IMG/VR virus record: IMGVR_UViG_3300025674_007777
Coordinates: 1 to 64,000 of that record
DNA from: a virus
Direction: 5' to 3' (one strand)
Length of the DNA stretch: 64,000 nucleotides
Shown here: piece by piece, positions 38,160 through 47,192 of the stretch
Position numbering within the stretch: position 1 is the first letter of the stretch
Layout of the letters: the number at the start of each line of letters is the position of its first letter
Program-made: the position numbers and the translations under genes
Notes under the pieces: model-generated
What the model was told of the DNA's origin: nothing
The model's database searches: none
The model's input: the letters and a program-made list of their open reading frames with translations, nothing else

Positions 38160-39355
38160 TCGAAATCCAATGTTAACTGATTGTTATATGCTGGCCCGGC
38201 AATCAATGCTTCAATGTACTCCTTCTCATGCCAAACATTAAGTTCTTTATCAAAATCATTTGCCACAATAAATGCTTCTGTTCTACGACCAAGATCAGAA
38301 CGATCGACAATATGTGGATGTGCCATCGGAGCTTCGATTGCATCTTCAATGGTTTCCAGAGCATCTGAAACATCAAACGGTTTATACATACGCTTCGGTG
38401 TAATGAATTCAGGAAAACTTCTGAAGAATGGATATACAATGTCTGCACCAAATGCTGTAGCTTCAATTGCTGTCCAGGAAACATAATCTTGAAGTGATGA
38501 ATTGAACTGAATCTTACAAGTTGCTAATTCTGTATAATATTCCTGTTTAGTCAATCCACTCAAGAGTTTGAATCGGGGCTGACGCTTCGCCAATGCTTTC
38601 AATTCTTCAATGACTCCTGGTACCATACTTCTGAACTCCTTACCAGAGGTAGTGACATGCCATTCATAATCCGGACGATAAGATAAAAAGGATTCGGCAA
38701 CCTTCATCATGAAGAAAGGATTTTTTTCTTTATCCAATCGAGAAGAATATACAATTACCTTCTTCTTCTCATAATTGCCGGCAGGTAGTTTAGTTAGAGT
38801 TGCGTCCTTATGAATAGGCAATGACACTACATGGATTGGAGCATTAAATCCTGCTTCACGTAGCTGCTGTTTATGAATGGTACTACCTACAAATATACCA
38901 GACATTCGTTTATCTAAACCTAGTTCGTAATGTCTCATCCAATCTCGCATTGGATAAGTGAAATCATATTCATCGACTGATTGTGCATGTAACATGGCAT
39001 ACACTTTCACATTAATACCATAAAGATCTAATGCGTACCATATGGCATCCAAACCAGGTGTCCAATAATCTTGCAAGAAGATAATGTCATTGTCTTTAAC
39101 TTTACCTTCATTGATCATTTTCAGAAACTGATTGCATTGGCTCAGTGAATATACACCTCTGCCAACCGCATCTAACACTGCGCCGACCTTTATTTCCTGA
39201 TCAACCATTTCTCCCTCGACTTCGACGAAGTTCAAGCTTCTTGCATAAGGTTCGAATGCCTTAGGCATCCACTCTTTTGATAATTGAAAAGTATATCTAC
39301 TTTTAATTGGTTCTAAACTGAAATACCACAAATTTCTTTTCATATCTTTTTTCAT
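38156..39355 (-). CDS. GT-B (GT4-like) glycosyltransferase coupled to dpdA
   Basis: YSSRLDKEKNP, LTKQEYY..L, SSLQDYVSWTAIEA..FG; 4-bp overlaps with both neighbours. Confidence 0.8.
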   Translation of the reverse strand: MKKDMKRNLWYFSLEPIKSRYTFQLSKEWMPKAFEPYARSLNFVEVEGEMVDQEIKVGAVLDAVGRGVYSLSQCNQFLKMINEGKVKDNDIIFLQDYWTPGLDAIWYALDLYGINVKVYAMLHAQSVDEYDFTYPMRDWMRHYELGLDKRMSGIFVGSTIHKQQLREAGFNAPIHVVSLPIHKDATLTKLPAGNYEKKKVIVYSSRLDKEKNPFFMMKVAESFLSYRPDYEWHVTTSGKEFRSMVPGVIEELKALAKRQPRFKLLSGLTKQEYYTELATCKIQFNSSLQDYVSWTAIEATAFGADIVYPFFRSFPEFITPKRMYKPFDVSDALETIEDAIEAPMAHPHIVDRSDLGRRTEAFIVANDFDKELNVWHEKEYIEALIAGPAYNNQLTLDFE

Positions 39356-39789
39356 AATGCTCTATCAAATTTATAATCATCCGGTGTCACATGCTGCATG
39401 TTCTGTATACTTGTACAATATAATGAATAATCTGCATACAACACTTTGATGCTGTCATTTTCTTTCAACAAGGATGCATCCTCCGCTTCCATCATGAACA
39501 TGATATGAGCATATACTCGTACCATGGCTGGAATGTGTTTCAACATACCTGGTTGCACTTCTATGGTCACCGGAACCTCTTGTACAATCATTAAGTTCAA
39601 TAACCAATCCCAATCCAATGGAGATGTCCTATCAATGAGCTGTCTAGTTGCTGGCGTACATATGTAGATATGTGGGGCATCTGGACGCTTTGGCGTTTCC
39701 GGAGTGAAGTTTCCAATGAAAAATGTCATGATGTCTGTGAATCGACCTTCACATTCTTTTCCGTACCAATAATCTTTTATTCCTAACAT
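39352..39789 (-). CDS. Hypothetical protein, first gene of the GT-dpdA cassette
   Basis: YWYGKECEG...TFFIG...PHIYI...VTIEV; no recognised family. Confidence 0.7.
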   Translation of the reverse strand: MLGIKDYWYGKECEGRFTDIMTFFIGNFTPETPKRPDAPHIYICTPATRQLIDRTSPLDWDWLLNLMIVQEVPVTIEVQPGMLKHIPAMVRVYAHIMFMMEAEDASLLKENDSIKVLYADYSLYCTSIQNMQHVTPDDYKFDRAL

Positions 39790-39793
39790 AAAC

Positions 39794-39825
39794 TAAATAT
39801 AAGTTAAATAATTCAATTATCCTAA
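39794..39825 (-). promoter_or_regulatory. Bacteroidota-type sigma-A promoter
   Basis: TTAG-N20-TATATTTA, 4 nt upstream of the ATG at 39789. Confidence 0.6.
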
Positions 39826-42305
39826 CCAAATGAGAAGAATTTTTGCAAATTGTTGTTATCTGGTATCTTGCCCCAATTCAATGCACCATAGAAGTCATCC
39901 AATTTGTTCTGAAATGCTGATCTGAATATCTTATCATGATCAATAAATTGGGTAACGTAATCATAAAGGGCTTCTGGATCTTCCATACCTTTCAGTGCCA
40001 TCACATCTAATCGCAATGGATTATTCTTCAGATATGTCCATCTGATCTTTTCGCCGTTCACAATCTCTCTGACATTGAACACATTATGATATCTAAGCAT
40101 GTCATTGTAATTCAGCGCTGCTTTGGCGTGAACCGGCGTACCCTTAGGCCTTGGAGCAAATGTGTCAGCCCCTGATATCTGATACTTCTTGATGTTCTTG
40201 ATACCCGTAGGGAACATGATCTGATCTATGGTCATGCCTTTGATATCATCTTTGAATTTCAATATCTTGGCATCCAGATCATTCTTCTCAATGTCATTCA
40301 GAATATCCTCCAGAACTTCGGCCATGAAGGATCGGAATGCAGGTGGGAATGAAGATCTTACCACATCCAATCCTTTGACATCTAATCTGGAAATGGTGTG
40401 CCCTTCCTGATTGATCAACCACTGAGCATATCTTTTCTTAGCAATCCAGAGACCTGCCTTTGCAACGAACTCCTGTTTGATGTCAAATCTATGTTTATCT
40501 ACATGATGGAACCGTTTAGCATAGATGTTATATGCATTGTTAATGAATGACTGCATTTCAGTTGCAATCTCAATGGTGCGATCGGCCATCCACTTTTCAT
40601 CAGTCTCATCAAATGTTTCAAACCGTTTCTCAATCAGAGGCAATGATGAGAAGAACACTGAATCAGTATCAATGTATATGTTATAATCTTTCTTCACTCC
40701 AAGTTCATTCTCATAGAACTTGTTACCAATGTCTGCAGTGAATTTGATCAACTGCTGGCCTGTACTTGTGATGGCGACAGCATTGTCGGGGTCAAAGAAT
40801 CTGAAAGTAGGATTACCCAATACTCCATAAAATGAATTCAGAAGAATCTTAGTCACCAACTGCATACGATCAAAGTATTCAGCTTGTTCCTTGTTACCCT
40901 CCTTCTCATATTTCTTACGCAGATTCTTATATTCAACTCGCTCATTGAACCAGTTATCAAGAATGGTTGGCAGAAAGCCATTCAGCTTCTTATCATAGAT
41001 AACACCGTTGGCTGCAATGGAATAATCATTCTCATCCAGATATTTTTTCAATGCAGTCGTATCCTCCCAACCATTCCATCCATCAGTGTAATGTTGACCT
41101 TTGCCCTTCACATAACTGTTGCCATCAAAATTATCTATCTTTGTGACTTTGGTTTCTGGTGATATGTTCAGAGTCATGATGATTGACGGATATAGAGATG
41201 TCAAATCCAAATCATATACCCATTTATATCTACCTGGATTAGGTGGCTTCACATATGCTCCTAACAAATCTAATGGTTCCGAAGAATCTCTGGTCGCACG
41301 TGATGGTGCCACAATGTTCAAGCGTTTCAGATATGTGAGAGCAGCTCCATCCAGATATCTGGTTGCAAATATGAAATCATCATATGCGACATGACCTTTG
41401 TGACAAATACCTCTTGCAAGATCAATCAATTTCATTTTCTCATCAAGCTCATAGACCAGATCCACATCCGTCATGTTGTAATCAATGAACTTCATGATAT
41501 CTTCTCTCATCAGATCATCCAATGAGCCATCATACTTCACTTTACCTTTGCCTAACTCTTTCTGTGAAATAGCTTCCAGAGAATAACTACTCTCCTGCGA
41601 ATATGTAAAGTTCTTATACAATGCCATGTAATCCAAACTAGCAACACCTGAAATACGATAACGATTTCTATGCTTCATCCAGATCACATCTTTGATAGGA
41701 GACAACTGCCTTGCTCGAGATTCTCCTAACAATTTGCTCATTCGATTGAACAGATAAGGAACGTCAAAGAAATCAATGTTCCAGCCTGTTATGATGGTTG
41801 GTTGTATCTCAACATATTTTCTGAGAAACTTATCTAACAGCTCATGCTCTGTGGCACAGGACACAACTGTCTTGTTGTCAATGATCTGATTCTCTACTGT
41901 ACCATCAGGATCTAAAATCCATACCACTCGCTGCTTCTTTGATGCATCCAATATTGCTATGGATGTAACTGCATTCTCTGCAGTCTCTGGAGTAGGAAAC
42001 TTATCTGTGGTGTCAACCTCAATATCAAAAAACAATGTTCGATGACCCGTTGATATCTCATCTGAATCAGTATACAGATCTATCAGTGTTCTTGTCTCTG
42101 GACTTATGTCTGCCTCATATAATCCAGGTTCTCCTCTTTCAAATTCAAATACCTTTTCTACCTGCTGCCCATCCAATGCCACATACTTACCATATCTGCT
42201 TTTGCGATAAGCATATGGCTTGTATTTGATCTTCTTGTAACCTGTAGTGTCGTCCCATAAATGTATGGTGTTATCACTTTTTCTATATGATATTGCTTGA
42301 TACAT
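39822..42305 (-). CDS. polB: Family B DNA polymerase (gp43-like)
   Basis: Exo FDIE, GWNIDFFD, YNMTD; pol DLTSLYPS, KILLNSFYG, YIDTDS. Confidence 0.96.
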   Translation of the reverse strand: MYQAISYRKSDNTIHLWDDTTGYKKIKYKPYAYRKSRYGKYVALDGQQVEKVFEFERGEPGLYEADISPETRTLIDLYTDSDEISTGHRTLFFDIEVDTTDKFPTPETAENAVTSIAILDASKKQRVVWILDPDGTVENQIIDNKTVVSCATEHELLDKFLRKYVEIQPTIITGWNIDFFDVPYLFNRMSKLLGESRARQLSPIKDVIWMKHRNRYRISGVASLDYMALYKNFTYSQESSYSLEAISQKELGKGKVKYDGSLDDLMREDIMKFIDYNMTDVDLVYELDEKMKLIDLARGICHKGHVAYDDFIFATRYLDGAALTYLKRLNIVAPSRATRDSSEPLDLLGAYVKPPNPGRYKWVYDLDLTSLYPSIIMTLNISPETKVTKIDNFDGNSYVKGKGQHYTDGWNGWEDTTALKKYLDENDYSIAANGVIYDKKLNGFLPTILDNWFNERVEYKNLRKKYEKEGNKEQAEYFDRMQLVTKILLNSFYGVLGNPTFRFFDPDNAVAITSTGQQLIKFTADIGNKFYENELGVKKDYNIYIDTDSVFFSSLPLIEKRFETFDETDEKWMADRTIEIATEMQSFINNAYNIYAKRFHHVDKHRFDIKQEFVAKAGLWIAKKRYAQWLINQEGHTISRLDVKGLDVVRSSFPPAFRSFMAEVLEDILNDIEKNDLDAKILKFKDDIKGMTIDQIMFPTGIKNIKKYQISGADTFAPRPKGTPVHAKAALNYNDMLRYHNVFNVREIVNGEKIRWTYLKNNPLRLDVMALKGMEDPEALYDYVTQFIDHDKIFRSAFQNKLDDFYGALNWGKIPDNNNLQKFFSFG

Positions 42306-42805
42306 TAAACTATGTGTATATCCTTTAAGTTTCTGTTCAGTGAATTATTGTCCATACCATACCCGTACACCCAATCATCGCCAATTTCAAATCCATAAAA
42401 ATCTGCTCTTTGTGGACCATTCTTACGTTGCAGTAATGCTACAACACGAACTTCTTCTGGTAACATTTCGTTTACTCGAAGTACAACTTCTAACATGGTG
42501 TTACCCGTGTCCAAAATGTCATCAACAATGTATGCTCGCTGACCACGAATATGCATTTCCATATCTTTGGTGAATATCACTCCTCCGGAATTGTCTTTGC
42601 CGACATATGATTTGGCTCGAACAAAATCTACCTGCACATCTAGATCCATCTCTCTGATCAGATCTGCAAAGAATATGCTAGCCCCGTTCAATACACATAC
42701 CATAACCGGAGGATGTTCATTACCTGAACTTCTATGGTCTTCCACAATTTCCTGAGCCAACTGTTTAACTCTGGCTTTGATATCTGCCTCTTTAATTAGT
42801 ACCAT
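42305..42805 (-). CDS. hpt: Hypoxanthine-guanine phosphoribosyltransferase-like PRTase
   Basis: VCVLNGASIFFADL, AKSY, IVDDILDTGNT, WVYGYGMD. Confidence 0.9.
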   Translation of the reverse strand: MVLIKEADIKARVKQLAQEIVEDHRSSGNEHPPVMVCVLNGASIFFADLIREMDLDVQVDFVRAKSYVGKDNSGGVIFTKDMEMHIRGQRAYIVDDILDTGNTMLEVVLRVNEMLPEEVRVVALLQRKNGPQRADFYGFEIGDDWVYGYGMDNNSLNRNLKDIHIV

Positions 42806-43463
42806 ATCCTCTGACAAATTCGTAATATTCATTTCTGGTCGCAGAATCATCTTTGAATGCGCCAGTTAACTTACTAGTCTTCATGCTAGCGCCACCGTGC
42901 TTCACACCACGACATTGCACGCAATTATGAGTGGCTTCTATCATTACTGCCACACCTGCATTGTCTTCTATGATGGCATCAACTGCATGATGTATTGCAA
43001 CAGTTAACTGTTCCTGTATAGCACCTCTTCTGCCGAAATGCTCTACCAATCGATTCAGTTTTGATAATCCAATCACTTTACCATCTTTACCTGGTATGTA
43101 TGCAACATGTACCACACCCATGATAGTTTGATGATGATGTGAACACATGGAAGTCAAAGGAATACCTCCTTCAAACACAATACCATCATATCCATCAGAT
43201 GGGAATGTAGTTATCTCAGGTGGGGCATCATATCGACCAGCCCAAAGATCTCTCACATATGCTTTTGCAACACGATAAGGTGTTTTATCTGAATTCGGAT
43301 CATTGCGCCAATCCACACCTAAGGCATCTAAAAATTTACCAAATGCTTCTTCAGCATCTGCAATCATTAGTTGTTTCTCTTCTTCTGTCAAAGGCCTACC
43401 TTCAGCTGCGCCATTGGCATAACCGGCCTTTACTAGTTCTAAATTTACTTTGTTTTCACACAT
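42792..43463 (-). CDS. folE: GTP cyclohydrolase I
   Basis: TPYRVAK, SMCSHH, IGLSKLNR, IQE, HNCVQCRG. Confidence 0.96.
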   Translation of the reverse strand: MCENKVNLELVKAGYANGAAEGRPLTEEEKQLMIADAEEAFGKFLDALGVDWRNDPNSDKTPYRVAKAYVRDLWAGRYDAPPEITTFPSDGYDGIVFEGGIPLTSMCSHHHQTIMGVVHVAYIPGKDGKVIGLSKLNRLVEHFGRRGAIQEQLTVAIHHAVDAIIEDNAGVAVMIEATHNCVQCRGVKHGGASMKTSKLTGAFKDDSATRNEYYEFVRGYGTN

Positions 43464-43490
43464 ATAATTCTTCAGTGTTTTTATTACGAA

Positions 43491-43787
43491 TTATTGATTT
43501 GATACCATTACAATTTCTGATTCTCTAACTAAAACATATGTCTCATCATCAAATGACACTTCATTGTCTCCTTTCAACCATCGTGATGCAACTAATACTG
43601 TATCATCAACTTTACAAGTCATTGCAATTCTGTCTCCTGTCTGAGTGAACAATCCTGGGCCAACAGCTATGACATCTGCATATTCATAATTGTTAGACTC
43701 AGTGGTCAGAATTATACCACCTTTAGTAGTTTCCTGACCCTCTTGCTTTTTGAGAAGAACATAATCGCCCATAGGTTTCATTTTCAT
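43491..43787 (-). CDS. groES: Co-chaperonin GroES
   Basis: KPMGDYV, TKGGIIL, VIAVGPG, VRESEI. Confidence 0.92.
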   Translation of the reverse strand: MKMKPMGDYVLLKKQEGQETTKGGIILTTESNNYEYADVIAVGPGLFTQTGDRIAMTCKVDDTVLVASRWLKGDNEVSFDDETYVLVRESEIVMVSNQ

Positions 43788-43805
43788 ACTCGTTCCTTTA
43801 TACTA

Positions 43806-43837
43806 TAAATTTAAGAAATATTTGGCAATTAACCAAA
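43806..43837 (-). promoter_or_regulatory. Bacteroidota-type sigma-A promoter
   Basis: TTTG-N20-TAAATTTA upstream of groES-folE-hpt-polB. Confidence 0.65.
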
Positions 43838-43854
43838 TTTATACGCATTTTTTT

Positions 43855-44631
43855 CTACACCATTCTCTCAGTTCCGAACGCCATAATATGGCTTCTTCCA
43901 GTAAACCTCCATCCTCTATCTCTAACAAAGTTCATTACTACAGGATAGGATTCTTGTAGAGCTGGAATATCATCACCTGCTGGCATACACCAAACCTTTT
44001 CATCTGGTATCTCTAGATCTTTAACGAATTCTTCTACTTCCGGAAGAATGCTTAGTTCTTTATCTAATACAGGTTTGATATGATAATCTTTATGATATTC
44101 GATAGAAGCTTTGATTGCTTCTTTATTCAATCGCTTACTGTTATGTTTTATAATCATCTTTTCATCCACTATTTCTCCTAATGGAGTTTTTGTTCCTACT
44201 ACAGGAATGGAATTGCTGAACTTAGGTGAAATAGATAAAAGATCAATAGGATAATCAGTTTCTAAGAAATGAGATCCTTCAGTTTCAATGGTAATGAAGA
44301 TTCCTCGCTCATGAGCAAAATGAGTTAATTCATTTACTAGAGCAGGATGCATTGTAGGAGAACCTCCTGTTAGCATCATCTCTTTGATATGAGGATTATC
44401 ATCATACATTTTGATAATGTCGTTAAAACAGAAGGTTCCTTTTTCCGGATGGATGGAGGTGTACCATGAATCACACCACCCGCCTTCACCGAAAAAACAT
44501 CTGTGAGTACATCCTGATGTTCTAACCACAATGGTAGGATAACCTTGTCTTGAGCCTTCAGATTGAACTGCCGTATAGAGTTCTAATACCTGTAAAGGCT
44601 TTTCATAACTTCTTAATCTTTTACACTTCAT
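43855..44631 (-). CDS. queE: 7-carboxy-7-deazaguanine synthase (radical SAM)
   Basis: ELYTAVQSEG, RTSGCTHRC-x7-CDS, LTGGSP, TIETEG, SISPK. Confidence 0.9.
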   Translation of the reverse strand: MKCKRLRSYEKPLQVLELYTAVQSEGSRQGYPTIVVRTSGCTHRCFFGEGGWCDSWYTSIHPEKGTFCFNDIIKMYDDNPHIKEMMLTGGSPTMHPALVNELTHFAHERGIFITIETEGSHFLETDYPIDLLSISPKFSNSIPVVGTKTPLGEIVDEKMIIKHNSKRLNKEAIKASIEYHKDYHIKPVLDKELSILPEVEEFVKDLEIPDEKVWCMPAGDDIPALQESYPVVMNFVRDRGWRFTGRSHIMAFGTERMV

Positions 44632-45088
44632 ATATTGCACTATTTTTTTCGTGTTCTTTAACTTCTACTGATACTACACGACATCTGCCATTCGTATCTT
44701 TTGTCACCCACTCATTGAGTTTATGATAAAAATATTCTGCAAACTTCTCTGCTCCTACAGCAGGTAACACTCGTAACTGAACTATGCCATGTTGATCCAA
44801 AGCTTCGAAAGTTGACAATGCAGGATCATCCTCTGATAAGATAACTGTATGATCTAACATGTATGCCAACCAGTCTTTAAGATTCATGCCATCGATAAGT
44901 TCCTCAGATCTTTTTGCTCTGCCGAAATCAACTACCCAGTTTCTGAAATCTAGATCGCCTTCATAGGTCACTTTCAGAGATACTGAATATCCATGTAGAA
45001 ATTGGCAATGTGTATCAATTGCTTTCCATTGACGAAAGCAAGTAGAATAACCATCATATATTTTTGTAGATCTAAATCTTTCCTGCAT
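44621..45088 (-). CDS. queD: 6-carboxy-5,6,7,8-tetrahydropterin synthase
   Basis: HCQFLHGY, WVVDFG, LDH, GAEKFA, EHEKNSA. Confidence 0.9.
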   Translation of the reverse strand: MQERFRSTKIYDGYSTCFRQWKAIDTHCQFLHGYSVSLKVTYEGDLDFRNWVVDFGRAKRSEELIDGMNLKDWLAYMLDHTVILSEDDPALSTFEALDQHGIVQLRVLPAVGAEKFAEYFYHKLNEWVTKDTNGRCRVVSVEVKEHEKNSAIYEV

Positions 45089-45206
45089 ACTGTAACAATT
45101 TATATACTATGAAATTCAGTGAAGCAAAACCGCCCACCAATAACGTCCAAATGTTCATATGACCTTCGCCACATAAACCAAAAACATGTCTCAGAAATTC
45201 TGTCAT
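45072..45206 (-). CDS. 44-aa single-TM protein (missing from the ORF track)
   Basis: MTEFLRHVFGLCGEGHMNIWTLLVGGFASLNFIVYKLLQYAGKI; H-x4-CGE-x-H motif; overlaps both neighbours. Confidence 0.55.
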   Translation of the reverse strand: MTEFLRHVFGLCGEGHMNIWTLLVGGFASLNFIVYKLLQYAGKI

Positions 45207-45385
45207 TGCGTTTCTTCATATGGTATCAACTCAATACCATCTGTTAATAAATACGATGTAGACTCCAAATGAAGTGGTTTGGCCATTGACCAGTCATCAC
45301 TCCATTGAAAAACGCCTTTCATCATACCAATATAAACTTTGCCCATTGCATTCACAACTGCATATTGTTTATCACTACTATACAT
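45203..45385 (-). CDS. Hypothetical protein
   Basis: Start MYSSDK at 45385, directly after a promoter. Confidence 0.55.
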   Translation of the reverse strand: MYSSDKQYAVVNAMGKVYIGMMKGVFQWSDDWSMAKPLHLESTSYLLTDGIELIPYEETQ

Positions 45386-45391
45386 ATAGCT

Positions 45392-45423
45392 TAAATATAA
45401 GAAATTTTTTGCAATGAACCAAA
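45392..45423 (-). promoter_or_regulatory. Bacteroidota-type sigma-A promoter
   Basis: TTTG-N20-TATATTTA heading the queD-queE unit. Confidence 0.7.
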
Positions 45424-45729
45424 TCAATATTCTCCAAAATGTGTCCAAGCCAACCAATACTTTCTGCCATTCATTCGATATGATGACACCTTATCAAAGT
45501 CAGCATCATAGCTGGTCATCTCATTGAGCATCTTATGCTCATTGTCAAAGAAAGTGAAATTGTCTGGACTATCATATTTGGATTTGATACCACCCGGTGA
45601 TGACTTATGTTCTCGACCATTGAGCAGATCAAAAAACATGTCTTTCAAAGCCAATTGGTCTCGACGGTCCATAGATTTGCGATCAAACGCATAACGCACA
45701 TTCTTGTAACTAATATTTCTTCTTGCCAT
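45424..45729 (-). CDS. Hypothetical protein
   Basis: ORF with its own promoter. Confidence 0.65.
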   Translation of the reverse strand: MARRNISYKNVRYAFDRKSMDRRDQLALKDMFFDLLNGREHKSSPGGIKSKYDSPDNFTFFDNEHKMLNEMTSYDADFDKVSSYRMNGRKYWLAWTHFGEY

Positions 45730-45745
45730 TTATTTAATTTATACC

Positions 45746-45776
45746 TTAATATAAGAAATTATTCTGTAATATCAAA
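45746..45776 (-). promoter_or_regulatory. Bacteroidota-type sigma-A promoter
   Basis: TTTG-N19-TATATTAA. Confidence 0.65.
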
Positions 45777-46431
45777 GTCTTTTTTTACTTTTAAATGCCT
45801 GATCTAATCCGAAATATTTGGATTTGTAATCGCCTTGATCATCAGCATTCAAATTCATCCATTCAGATTGATGTCGCATCAACAGTTTTGCAAAATGTTC
45901 CCAATCGGTTGCCAACACTCGTTGCTGCATGTCATACAAATGATCTTCAAGTTCGTTCCATTCATATGCCAGGAAGTCCCATTCCCAATGCACCAACTCT
46001 ATACATTCATGTTCCGTCATGTAATCAATGCAGAAATCTGTACCCCACTTTCTGAATGCATGCGCAAACTTCCAAAGTTCTGGTCTTGTTCTTGCAGCTC
46101 TCTTCACCTGCTCCAAAGCATCTCCGGCCAACTGATATGCAGTACAGCAATATGAATGATCCAGATATATGTTATCATGATAATCAGGTTGATCGAACCA
46201 AGGTAGTATAGCAGCATGCCAACTATCATCTCCACCCGTTTCTTTTGCTATCACATCCTTCTCGGTGAGTGCAATGCCTTGAGCCTTGTAAAATTCTTGC
46301 TCTATAGGCAGAAGTTCATAACCTTCTCTGTCAAAATTATCCAATCTGCAACTATGTAACAGTGATTCATCTTCAATTGGTGTTGTCAAGAAACAATCTT
46401 TAACAAGCTGAACGTTATGGAGTTTGAGCAT
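45772..46431 (-). CDS. Hypothetical conserved phage protein
   Basis: FDREGYEL, LDHS, KWGTDFCIDY. Confidence 0.65.
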   Translation of the reverse strand: MLKLHNVQLVKDCFLTTPIEDESLLHSCRLDNFDREGYELLPIEQEFYKAQGIALTEKDVIAKETGGDDSWHAAILPWFDQPDYHDNIYLDHSYCCTAYQLAGDALEQVKRAARTRPELWKFAHAFRKWGTDFCIDYMTEHECIELVHWEWDFLAYEWNELEDHLYDMQQRVLATDWEHFAKLLMRHQSEWMNLNADDQGDYKSKYFGLDQAFKSKKRL

Positions 46432-46817
46432 TATTTTATCCTACTATCTGATGCACTGAATTTAGATTTTTCAAAACCTTCATAACTCATTTCACCATTA
46501 GTGGACTTCACTCTACCTACAATGTTACCAACCATATCACCACCGGTCAATTCATAAATCATCTCAATGATGGCTTCCTTCTTTTCCAGATCAACTCTAG
46601 CTTCTGCCATCACATGACCTTGTTTCACAATCAGATCAAAATCACCAAGATCCTTCACATTGTGAATGAAGAAATGCTTGTCATCTTCTGTTTTCTGATA
46701 TTGAAATGCATATTTGTTTCCAAATCTGCTGTTGAAGTACTGCACATACTTTTCCGCTTCTGTGACTATGTTAGCGTCAAAGCTTTCTTTTATAAGAGAT
46801 GTTAATTTGATAGACAT
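46431..46817 (-). CDS. Hypothetical protein with putative head-targeting leader
   Basis: MSIKLTSLIKE|S...IVTE|A; preceded by ATATTTATT at 46824-46832. Confidence 0.6.
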   Translation of the reverse strand: MSIKLTSLIKESFDANIVTEAEKYVQYFNSRFGNKYAFQYQKTEDDKHFFIHNVKDLGDFDLIVKQGHVMAEARVDLEKKEAIIEMIYELTGGDMVGNIVGRVKSTNGEMSYEGFEKSKFSASDSRIK

Positions 46818-46831
46818 TTTTCTAATAAATA

Positions 46832-47059
46832 TTATGATAATTGGACTATCATCATACCATAATTTTTAGGATCTGTTTCTCCTACGAGCTGATATTCTGC
46901 TAACACTTCATGCACTTTCATCTTCATGTCTGAACTGTTACCTGTTATGATGAATGCCTGATGCATACCTGTTAACAAAGCATCTCCCAGGAACATGTCC
47001 ATGGTTCTACGCACATCTCGATGTCGAACTCCATGCAGATCCAATTCCATTGTCTTCAT
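46832..47059 (-). CDS. Stand-alone Smr domain protein
   Basis: ELDLHG, IITGNS, N.G motifs. Confidence 0.8.
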   Translation of the reverse strand: MKTMELDLHGVRHRDVRRTMDMFLGDALLTGMHQAFIITGNSSDMKMKVHEVLAEYQLVGETDPKNYGMMIVQLS

Positions 47060-47060
47060 A

Positions 47061-47186
47061 TCATTTACCTAAATTTGTATTGCCTTTCTGATGCTTAGGA
47101 TAATATGGACAATTGCGACACTTCAAACCACAACAATAACCTCTCGCTTTGAGCTGCTCTGCTGTCATTGGCCGCAATTGTCCCAT
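47061..47186 (-). CDS. Small Cys-rich protein, DUF5522-like (missing from the ORF track)
   Basis: MGQLRPMTAEQLKARGYCCGLKCRNCPYYPKHQKGNTNLGK. Confidence 0.65.
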   Translation of the reverse strand: MGQLRPMTAEQLKARGYCCGLKCRNCPYYPKHQKGNTNLGK

Positions 47187-47192
47187 TATCAC

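Noticed and set aside
43491-43787. GroES without GroEL as a novelty
   Set aside because: Stand-alone co-chaperonins for capsid folding are well known in T4-like and other large phages
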